Below the pieces are notes generated by a model. It did no database searches and had not been told where the DNA came from. It worked only from the letters and a program-made list of their open reading frames with translations. DNA of 11,305 nucleotides, from assembly GCA_964388035.1 (NCBI GenBank), contig CAYLZE010000134.1, forward strand, positions 1,563-12,867, in the 5' to 3' direction. A program made the position numbers and the translations under genes. Positions 1 to 6,716 of this stretch are shown piece after piece. The DNA comes from an uncultured archaeon. Its GTDB lineage: Archaea; Asgardarchaeota; Lokiarchaeia; Sigyniarchaeales; SOKP01. The number at the start of each line of letters is the position of its first letter. The stretch's first letter is position 1.

Positions 1-1881
1 CTTTGGTTTGGAGAAAATTATGATGCGCGATTAGAAATGCCCGGATGGGATCGACCCACATTTAATGATAATTCTTGGGACAACTGTGTTGTGGTAAATG
101 GGCCCAAATTAGCTTCCCAGTTAATGCAACCCATCGAAATTACTCGAGTAATGGCACCCAAAAATCTTTACAGCCCAAAACCTGGTGTATTTGTTTATGA
201 TTTCGGTCAAAATTTCACGGGTTTTATACGATTAAGAGTAAGAGGGTCAAGAGATCAACAAATTAAAATTCGCTATTCAGAAGTAATTAATAAAGATGGA
301 ACATTAAACACGGCAACCTGTCGAGGAGCTAGAGCAACTGATATTTACATCCTAAAAGGGGAAGGTGTGGAAACATACCAACCCCGATTTACGTATCATG
401 GATTTCGATACGTGGAGCTGACTGGGTTTCCAAGAGTTCCTAAATTAGAAAATGTTGAAGGGCTATTTCTGCATTCGAATGTGGAGAAAATTGGTGAATT
501 TAACTGTTCAAATCCATTGATCAATCAAATTCATAAAAATATTGTTTGGGGGCAGTTAAGCAATTTGATGAGCATACCTACCGATTGTCCACAAAGAGAC
601 GAGCGTATGGGTTGGACGGGGGATGCTCAATTAACTGTAGAAGAAGCTATTTACAATTTTGATATGGCACGATTTTACAGTAAATATTTGTGCGATATCC
701 AATTAAGTCAAAAAAAAACAGGTAGCTTATCTGATGTGATTCCTCCTTATTGGAAATTATATCCTGCGGATCCCGCATGGGGTTCTGCCTATGTTGTAAC
801 AGCTTGGTATCTATATTGGTATTATGACGATGTGCAAATTCTTGCCCAACATTATGAATATATCCGTAAATATGTAGATTATTTAACTTCAAAGAGTAAG
901 GAACATCTTCTTCTGTATTTGATGAAATACGGTGATTGGTGTCCCCCAGGAAGCATTCATCCGAAGCGAACCCCCTTGGAGTTGACATCATCGTGGTATT
1001 ACTATCATGATGTGGTTTTACTTGCTAAAATAGCTAAAGTTCTCGGAAAAAATGAAGAACAACACGAACTTGAGCAACTTGGAGAAGTAATCAAAAAAGC
1101 GTTTAATGAAAAGTTTTTAAAGTATGGATATTGGAGTAAAACGATTTTTAAAGGAGATATTGCCCCTAACCAGACATCTAACATCCTTCCGTTATATTTG
1201 AACATGGTTCCAGCAGAGAATAGAAAGCAAGTAATATCGCAATTATTAGATAGTGTTATAACCCAATGCGATTATCACGTGGATACGGGAATTGTTGGAA
1301 CGCGATATTTATTTGACGTGTTGACGGATTTAGGTTACCCTGAGGTTGCTTATAAAGTAGTAACTCAAGAAAGTTATCCAAGCTGGGGTTACATGATAAA
1401 AGAGGGTGCAACCACGTTATGGGAGCGATGGGAAAAGTTAGAAGGGGGTGGCATGAACTCACATAACCACATCATGCTGGGAAGTGTAGATACATGGTTT
1501 TACCGGAATTTAGCAGGGATCACGGCATTAGAACCGGGTTGGAAAAAAGTCTCGATAAAGCCCTATCTTTCTGAAGATTTAAAATATGTTTCCGCATCTT
1601 TAAATACTTATCGAGGATTTATAGGCGTGTCTTGGGAAAAAATTGAAAAGAACCTATATGTAATAATAAACGTCCCTGTAGGATCTGAGGCAAAGTTGTC
1701 CTTGCCTCTTCCAGATAAAAAAATGATCGTTAAAGAAAATGGTAAAATTATTTGGGATAATAATACCGTGCTGGAAAATTTAGATGGGATTAAATTTGAC
1801 AATTTTGAGGAAAACCATGTAAATTTCACGTTAGGATCAGGTTTTTACCAATTTACTATGGAAAGTAAGGATGAAAATTAA
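1..1881 (+). CDS. Alpha-L-rhamnosidase, glycoside hydrolase family 78 (5' end outside window)
   Basis: The frame is open from base 1 (LWFGENYDARLEMPGWD; GE-YDAR is a GH78 motif), so ATG37 is internal. GH78 motifs present: YDFGQNFTG, PRFTYHGFRYVE, SIPTDCPQRDERMGWTGD, YGDW, TGIVGT, YPSWGYMI, GATTLWERW, NSHNH. Confidence 0.95.
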   Translation, partial: LWFGENYDARLEMPGWDRPTFNDNSWDNCVVVNGPKLASQLMQPIEITRVMAPKNLYSPKPGVFVYDFGQNFTGFIRLRVRGSRDQQIKIRYSEVINKDGTLNTATCRGARATDIYILKGEGVETYQPRFTYHGFRYVELTGFPRVPKLENVEGLFLHSNVEKIGEFNCSNPLINQIHKNIVWGQLSNLMSIPTDCPQRDERMGWTGDAQLTVEEAIYNFDMARFYSKYLCDIQLSQKKTGSLSDVIPPYWKLYPADPAWGSAYVVTAWYLYWYYDDVQILAQHYEYIRKYVDYLTSKSKEHLLLYLMKYGDWCPPGSIHPKRTPLELTSSWYYYHDVVLLAKIAKVLGKNEEQHELEQLGEVIKKAFNEKFLKYGYWSKTIFKGDIAPNQTSNILPLYLNMVPAENRKQVISQLLDSVITQCDYHVDTGIVGTRYLFDVLTDLGYPEVAYKVVTQESYPSWGYMIKEGATTLWERWEKLEGGGMNSHNHIMLGSVDTWFYRNLAGITALEPGWKKVSIKPYLSEDLKYVSASLNTYRGFIGVSWEKIEKNLYVIINVPVGSEAKLSLPLPDKKMIVKENGKIIWDNNTVLENLDGIKFDNFEENHVNFTLGSGFYQFTMESKDEN

Positions 1882-1915
1882 AAAATAATATTTTTTCTTT
1901 TTACTTATTCTATTT
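1882..1915. terminator. Probable bidirectional oligo-T terminator region between convergent GH78 and GH20 genes
   Basis: 34-nt gap with T tracts on + (TTTTTTCTTTTT) and an A run right after the GH78 stop (T run on -). There is no GC hairpin, consistent with archaeal-type termination. Confidence 0.5.
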
Positions 1916-4591
1916 TTAACCAAAAGGATTCATGATCTTGTATGCGTCTTCGAGCATCTTTTCTATTTTTTTCTCGCCTCTTTTTCCCAACATCCGTTTA
2001 AGTAGATCATATTCATGAGATTCAATTCCAAAATAATCTTGGGTTCGAGATTTCTCGCCATTCAAGAGATTAGGCTCAAAAAGATCTCCAAATACACTTG
2101 GAGGACGGCCATAAGACTTAACTTGTACCCATTTTTCATTCTCAAATTCTTCGTCTTGTAATTGATTCAGTGTTAGCTCTTTTTCTTTATAACCTTTCCA
2201 ACTAGTATCCGTTAAAATTTCTTGGACATTACCATCATCAAGTAATAATTGACCGAATAAATTAATAGCTCCCTTATAAAATTCAAAATTATACGCCTCT
2301 ACGATAATTGTATTTATTCCCTTTTTCAAGAATTTCGTAATGTCAAATACTCTCGTTCTATATAGGATAGGGAGAATTGCAAATGTGGTTCTTCCAGAAA
2401 CACTCCCTGCTAAAGAATTATTGATGTAGATTTTCATGTGAGTACACGCGCAGCCTTGTAGAAATGCTTCTTTAACGGGTTGATCTAACGAGAATGTTTT
2501 TTTAAAATATCTTGGTTCGGCGGGAGAAATTTTCTCATCTACCCAGATCCACTCGGATCTAAGATATGGATCTTTAAACCAGATATTTTTACTTATTTGA
2601 TCGGCTTTTTCTTCATACTCTTTAATTAAAAAATCGAATAATTCAAGGGTGTGATCCAAACAAGGTCTTTTAGCTTCTTTCAACCATAAATTCTCATATT
2701 GATTTTTCAAGATATGTATTTTCTCTTTCATGGCATGTATTTTTGAGATAAATTGATTTGCCATCTCCTTGTTTGTTTGAATTTTTCCAAGATTATTAGA
2801 AAGTTCCAGAGATAATCGCAACTTATCTGAATATGCTTTTCCCATTTGTGCACAGAATTCAAGTATTTCAAAATTATCTTTTTTAAACTGGATTCGAGGT
2901 TTTAATTCTTCATAGAGGTTCAAGCATTTCTCTGCTGCAGTTCCAAGCGCTTCATAATTTTTGATTGAAGGGCTAATTTTTTCTGATGGAAAGGGATGCT
3001 TGAAAAAATACATGTAGAAGGAAATAGAGATAAAGGCAGGTTCTACTTTAAAAAACGAGTTCAATTCATCTATTGAAGTAAAGAGGGCATGACATTTAGC
3101 CAGCGTTCCTTCCCTCAACCCATAATGCAGAAATCCCAGATCTTTCAAAAAGGAATCATGATCAAAATTCTGCACGGTCCATGATACTGCTCCTGTCATT
3201 ATTCCTCCATAATACTCAAGCTCTCTAAGAGTATAATATCTATAATCTCCCCAATTCGAGTTAATTATTCCGGGGCATCCCTCATTTCTATATTCATACG
3301 CTTCTAGTGCTAGATTAACGAGATTTATGCTTGCACTTTTAAATTCTGGAAAAATTCTCTGCCAATTAAGCATGGAAGGACTTACTATTACATTAAATCC
3401 TTTTTCGATAAGTTGTTTAACTTTCGGATACTTATCTTTCGGGGAATAATCCCAATACATTAAAATGATGCCCTTATTCAAGTTTTCTAAAATTTCTTCA
3501 TCATTCCTAATGAAATCATCATACATAATCACGTTTTCATTTCCCTTCTCTCGAGCAAGTTGATATACCTTTTCATAATGAGATAATAATGCCAATTTTC
3601 CTTTTTCTTCAAATAATTTCTTGGAGCGAAATTTTCCTATATCAAAAGTCTCATCACATCCTACGTGAAAATAGTTAGTTGAGAAACACTCACTTAACTC
3701 GGCAATATAATCATTTAGAAAAGGATAAAGATCATGATTTGAAATATCGTAGCATTCTGCACCGGGAAATTCTCCGAGAGATTCATACTTCTCATGAATG
3801 AGAATATTATCAACGTGACCCAAGCATTGAAAAATAGGGACTAATGTTATGTATCGTTCCTTGGCAAACGCATCCAATTCTTTTACTTCTTCAGGAGTTA
3901 ATGCACCCCGATTCCTCCCAATATCGGGATGCTTGGGATGCGCAAACATGTCTTCCAAATACAAAAAATAAAAATTTACTTTATAATGACTTAATATGGT
4001 AAAATAACGTTTAGCACTTTCCAAAGAAAATATTTGACCGCGTGCGATATCATCTGCTATTCCTCTCATTTTAAAGTCAGGATAATCTTTTATTTGGAGA
4101 TTGGGAAGAAGAAAAGAACTTGATTTCTCATGTTCTCTTGTTAAATGAGGATCATTCAGATAACTATTCTTTATTATTTGAATTAAAGTTTGCAGGCCAT
4201 AAAAAACACCCTTCTCATTTAGCCCATATATCATAATAAAATTTCCATTGATTTCCAATCCGTAAGCTTCTTCACCGTATTCTTGCAATAGTGAAAAATC
4301 TTTAAGTTCATTGAAAAGTGTTTCTTCTTCTTTTGAGATTTTTGATATCGATAAATTTATTGTAGAAATTTGGTTTAAAAAATCATTTAAATCCTCAAGC
4401 AAGATTTTGCTATTTGCGAGATTAAACGTTAAAAAGCAACAATTAGAATCTAATATGGAACAAATGCTATTATTTGTTTGAGAAACTTGTTTTGGTTTTG
4501 GAATGAAAGTAAGAGCATTACTAAATTCTTTTTTCATAGGTTTGAGATTTTTAATCACGATTCTTTTGATTTTTGTATTCATTATCATCAT
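1916..4591 (-). CDS. GH20 beta-N-acetylhexosaminidase (GcnA/HexD-like catalytic domain) with N-terminal GH20b domain and C-terminal beta-sandwich (rhamnosidase-N/galactose-binding-like) domain
   Basis: GH20b features: IPKPK, EEAYGLEI, GVFYGLQTLIQ, IKDYPDFKMRG. Catalytic domain: VPIFQCLGH, catalytic FHVGCDE (about 3650-3670), MYWDY, NWGD. C-terminal module: WIW...RYFKKTF...IYIN...FDITKFLKKGINTI...TDTSWK. No hydrophobic signal peptide. The start could be 4591, 4588, 4582 or 4537. Confidence 0.9.
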   Translation of the reverse strand: MMIMNTKIKRIVIKNLKPMKKEFSNALTFIPKPKQVSQTNNSICSILDSNCCFLTFNLANSKILLEDLNDFLNQISTINLSISKISKEEETLFNELKDFSLLQEYGEEAYGLEINGNFIMIYGLNEKGVFYGLQTLIQIIKNSYLNDPHLTREHEKSSSFLLPNLQIKDYPDFKMRGIADDIARGQIFSLESAKRYFTILSHYKVNFYFLYLEDMFAHPKHPDIGRNRGALTPEEVKELDAFAKERYITLVPIFQCLGHVDNILIHEKYESLGEFPGAECYDISNHDLYPFLNDYIAELSECFSTNYFHVGCDETFDIGKFRSKKLFEEKGKLALLSHYEKVYQLAREKGNENVIMYDDFIRNDEEILENLNKGIILMYWDYSPKDKYPKVKQLIEKGFNVIVSPSMLNWQRIFPEFKSASINLVNLALEAYEYRNEGCPGIINSNWGDYRYYTLRELEYYGGIMTGAVSWTVQNFDHDSFLKDLGFLHYGLREGTLAKCHALFTSIDELNSFFKVEPAFISISFYMYFFKHPFPSEKISPSIKNYEALGTAAEKCLNLYEELKPRIQFKKDNFEILEFCAQMGKAYSDKLRLSLELSNNLGKIQTNKEMANQFISKIHAMKEKIHILKNQYENLWLKEAKRPCLDHTLELFDFLIKEYEEKADQISKNIWFKDPYLRSEWIWVDEKISPAEPRYFKKTFSLDQPVKEAFLQGCACTHMKIYINNSLAGSVSGRTTFAILPILYRTRVFDITKFLKKGINTIIVEAYNFEFYKGAINLFGQLLLDDGNVQEILTDTSWKGYKEKELTLNQLQDEEFENEKWVQVKSYGRPPSVFGDLFEPNLLNGEKSRTQDYFGIESHEYDLLKRMLGKRGEKKIEKMLEDAYKIMNPFG

Positions 4592-4611
4592 ATATTGAAT
4601 TATTTCGGGAT

Positions 4612-4619
4612 ATTATAAA
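4612..4619 (-). promoter_or_regulatory. Putative TATA box for the GH20 gene
   Basis: TTTATAAT on the minus strand, 21-28 nt upstream of ATG4591 (24-31 nt from ATG4588). The spacing fits a leaderless archaeal transcript, but the AT-rich background weakens the call. Confidence 0.45.
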
Positions 4620-4842
4620 GAGATCTATTTGAGTAACTTTATAGTACCGAATCCCCACGAGGTACATGCTTTTTTTTAAGGTAGGAATGAAGCACAAAGA
4701 GAAAAGCAAATGAAAAACTATCAACTCCATTCAAACAATTTAAATACTTTGGAAATGAACTCATGAATATGTTTAAATTGTACTTCGAAATAGAAGAGAT
4801 TTTTTTAAAGCAGATTAGTTGCTTTAACTCGAAAATAATTAC

Positions 4843-4850
4843 TATTAAAA
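4843..4850 (+). promoter_or_regulatory. Putative TATA box for the 48-aa ORF / TA island
   Basis: TATTAAAA lies 26-33 nt upstream of ATG4876, with purine-rich CGAAAA at 4830-4835. Confidence 0.35.
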
Positions 4851-4875
4851 ATAATGTTTCTTTGAGTTCATTTGC

Positions 4876-5022
4876 ATGAGCAATCATAAACGGAAAGATG
4901 AATTGGAAAGAAAAAAATTTATTAAAGAGAATCCTAAAACCATGGAAAAGTTCCATGATGTAGTTGATAAGATTTTTGGTAAGGAACACGTTAAAGATTT
5001 AAATGAGAAGAAAAAAGAATAA
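4876..5022 (+). CDS. Small charged hypothetical protein (48 aa), not in the supplied ORF track
   Basis: Manual translation: MSNHKRKDELERKKFIKENPKTMEKFHDVVDKIFGKEHVKDLNEKKKE*. It has an ATG start, TAA stop and K/E-rich composition like the neighbouring genes. It includes an amphipathic helix (MEKFHDVVDKIFG), has a TATA-like box at the right distance, and is co-oriented with the two downstream genes. Confidence 0.6.
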   Translation: MSNHKRKDELERKKFIKENPKTMEKFHDVVDKIFGKEHVKDLNEKKKE

Positions 5023-5049
5023 TCATGGAAATAAAATGAGCATGAGGAT

Positions 5050-5070
5050 TCAATAATCAAATTATTGATT
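5050..5070. promoter_or_regulatory. Overlapping inverted repeats upstream of the antitoxin-like gene; candidate operator
   Basis: TCAATAAT-caa-ATTATTGA (5050-5068) overlaps AATCAA-atta-TTGATT (5055-5070), 12-32 nt upstream of ATG5082. Confidence 0.35.
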
Positions 5071-5081
5071 TAAGTATCGAA

Positions 5082-5360
5082 ATGAGGGTAAATAAGATAG
5101 AAAGTAACAATTTAGAAGAAAACGAGCAACTTATCCAAAAGAAACAAAAGATTAGAAGCGAAATAGAGGCCTCAAAACGGCTTTTAAAACAAAAAGTAGA
5201 TCCACTTCTAATTGCTGACATCTTCTTCCATAATTTTTACGAATTATTAAAAGATGGGATTATTTCCAAATTTCCAGAGAGTAATGATAAAGTAATTAAG
5301 CAAAAAGTAAGGGAAGTCATGGATCTTAATCAAAAAATAAAAGGAAGATCATTAAAATAA
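5082..5360 (+). CDS. Small helical protein, putative antitoxin (MenA1/Rv0078B-like) of the downstream nucleotidyltransferase
   Basis: 92 aa, ending 3 nt before the NTase start. The segment ELLKDGIISKFPESNDKVIKQKVREVM matches the 'GIxxxxPxxxxxEI' helix-Pro-helix pattern of small proteins found upstream of MenT1-like NTases (recognised by eye). Confidence 0.6.
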   Translation: MRVNKIESNNLEENEQLIQKKQKIRSEIEASKRLLKQKVDPLLIADIFFHNFYELLKDGIISKFPESNDKVIKQKVREVMDLNQKIKGRSLK

Positions 5361-5363
5361 GAA

Positions 5364-5945
5364 ATGGCTGAAATCGAACAGATATTAGATCGCTTAGAGA
5401 AAATTTTTAATGCAGTGAAAATGAAATACGTCATAGTGGGAGGAATAGCAGTAATTCATTATGGGCATATCAGGACAACTCAAGATGTAGATCTAATCAT
5501 AGAGAATGAACCTTCTAAAATTAATCAATTGATGGGATTACTAAAAGCATATGATTTTGATGTAATGGAGGATCAATTTAAAATGGCTCTGAGAGAAAAC
5601 ACTCATGTAACCATCTTTGATAATAAAAGTTTTTTACGGTTGGATATAAAATGTGCTATTAAAAAGAATGAAATTGAGGTTTTGAATAATGCTATTTCGG
5701 AAATAATCATGGGAATAAAAGTTAGAATTGCTCCTCTCGAATATGTTCTTATAGGAAAACTTATCTTTATGGGGCTAATTGATGATGTTCCAGACGGAGA
5801 GTTAATGGAATTTCAAGATGTGATTGATTTTTTAACCTTATATCATAGTAATAAGGAGAAAATTGATCTAATTTCTTTAAAAAATAAAGCTAAACAAATT
5901 GGACTTCAAAACACGCTTGAAAGATTGTTATCTTTTGAAATCTAA
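5364..5945 (+). CDS. Pol-beta superfamily nucleotidyltransferase, MenT/AbiEii/DUF6036-like; putative toxin
   Basis: YVIVGGIAVIHYGHIRTTQDVDLII gives the GGxA...RxTxDxD motif. Also RLDI (third Asp), APLEYVLIGKL (ExxxxxKL motif) and QDVID (K/QDxxD motif). Confidence 0.85.
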   Translation: MAEIEQILDRLEKIFNAVKMKYVIVGGIAVIHYGHIRTTQDVDLIIENEPSKINQLMGLLKAYDFDVMEDQFKMALRENTHVTIFDNKSFLRLDIKCAIKKNEIEVLNNAISEIIMGIKVRIAPLEYVLIGKLIFMGLIDDVPDGELMEFQDVIDFLTLYHSNKEKIDLISLKNKAKQIGLQNTLERLLSFEI

Positions 5946-5947
5946 AA

Positions 5948-6637
5948 TTAATCAGATACAGGTTTTGAACTGTCTAATAACTGCATTATATAGTCGGCTA
6001 CACCCTCGATGGCGTCCGAAATAGCTTCCATTATATCCATGGTATTTCCTACAGTAAAAATCGTGAACGCATTTACATCAAAATCTGTTTCTTGGAGGCT
6101 CTTTCTGAGATCAATATTTATCAAATCAATTTCATGTTCTAATCTATTTATATCACGCGCATATTCTTTTACTCTGGTTCGTTGTCCTAGTAAATCAATT
6201 ACGATTTTATCCAAGAGCCCCACGCAGGTTTCGGTTCTTTTCATCATTTCAAGAATAAGGGAAAGGGTTTCTTCTGTGCATTGTTCCCAAAATTTAATAG
6301 GAATGGTATTTAACCTCCGTGCTACTCCCGTTGCGCAATCAGCCACATCATCTTGTCGTTTAATCAGGTGAGAAAGATCGATTCTTACACTGGTACTCAG
6401 CTCTCCCCGAGAGATTTCTTTTTGAATTTTTCTTCTCAACGTGTCTGCTTCTCGTTCAAATAGATCTACGGATTTGAAACTTTCTCGAGATTTTTCTAAA
6501 TCCTTTTCTTTAAGAAGAATTTGAATGCCCTTATTGAGTTCTCTCACGCATTCTTGAGCTTTTTGAGCATGAGAAATGGATTTTTCTAAAACCGTAGTGG
6601 CTGTTTTTAATTTAAAATATTCGATTAATGATCCCAT
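5948..6637 (-). CDS. DUF47 family (PhoU-like, TIGR00153-type) phosphate transport regulator, canonical
   Basis: Repeated acidic motifs FEREADTLRR, RIDL...QDDVAD, LEHEID and EAISDAIEGVAD; adjacent to a PiT gene. The start is placed at ATG6637 (MGSLIEYF), preceded by SD-like GAGTGA. GTG6646 is the alternative. Confidence 0.9.
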   Translation of the reverse strand: MGSLIEYFKLKTATTVLEKSISHAQKAQECVRELNKGIQILLKEKDLEKSRESFKSVDLFEREADTLRRKIQKEISRGELSTSVRIDLSHLIKRQDDVADCATGVARRLNTIPIKFWEQCTEETLSLILEMMKRTETCVGLLDKIVIDLLGQRTRVKEYARDINRLEHEIDLINIDLRKSLQETDFDVNAFTIFTVGNTMDIMEAISDAIEGVADYIMQLLDSSKPVSD

Positions 6638-6669
6638 TCTTTTCACTCATTCTTCGTATTCTTTAAAGC

Positions 6670-6677
6670 TTTATAAA
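6670..6677 (-). promoter_or_regulatory. Putative internal TATA box for the canonical DUF47 gene
   Basis: TTTATAAA lies 33-40 nt upstream of ATG6637 and 24-31 nt upstream of GTG6646, in the PiT-DUF47 gap. Confidence 0.45.
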
Positions 6678-6687
6678 CATGTATATA

Positions 6688-6710
6688 TATCTATATATCT
6701 TATATAGATA
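6688..6710. repeat. Perfect 10-bp inverted repeat TATCTATATA-tct-TATATAGATA
   Basis: Arms at 6688-6697 and 6701-6710 with a 3-nt spacer, within a TA-dinucleotide-rich tract 6 nt after the PiT stop. Confidence 0.8.
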
Positions 6711-6716
6711 AAAAGT

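Noticed and set aside
37-39. ATG37 as the start of the rhamnosidase
   Set aside because: The frame is open to base 1 and includes the conserved GE-YDAR motif, so the true start and N-terminal domains lie outside the window.
647-1829. Four minus-strand ORFs (647-991, 1005-1205, 1256-1462, 1608-1829)
   Set aside because: They are antisense shadows within the well-supported GH78 gene, with no recognisable motifs.
4644-4665. GTACC...GGTAC hairpin considered as a SECIS or other ncRNA
   Set aside because: The stem is only 5 bp, there is no SECIS core, and no neighbouring gene has an in-frame TGA needing recoding.
4763-4879. 38-aa + strand ORF (MNMFKLYFEIEE...) whose TGA overlaps ATG4876
   Set aside because: The ATGA overlap is suggestive, but the ORF is short, motif-free and runs through the likely promoter of the 48-aa gene, so support is insufficient.
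4941-4957. CATGGAA-aag-TTCCATG inverted repeat
   Set aside because: 7-bp arms inside a probable coding region; compatible with chance.
4639-4989. 116-aa minus-strand ORF
   Set aside because: GTG start and F/L/I-rich composition typical of the reverse complement of A-rich DNA. It overlaps the more protein-like 48-aa + strand ORF.
5082-5945. MNT-HEPN toxin-antitoxin assignment
   Set aside because: The NTase has GGxA...RxTxDxD and a C-terminal helical domain (193 aa), not the short GSxARG MNT motif, and the partner has no HEPN RxxxxH motif.
4620-5947. TA island as a mobile element
   Set aside because: No transposase or integrase, terminal inverted repeats or target-site duplication could be found. 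It is accessory-looking only.
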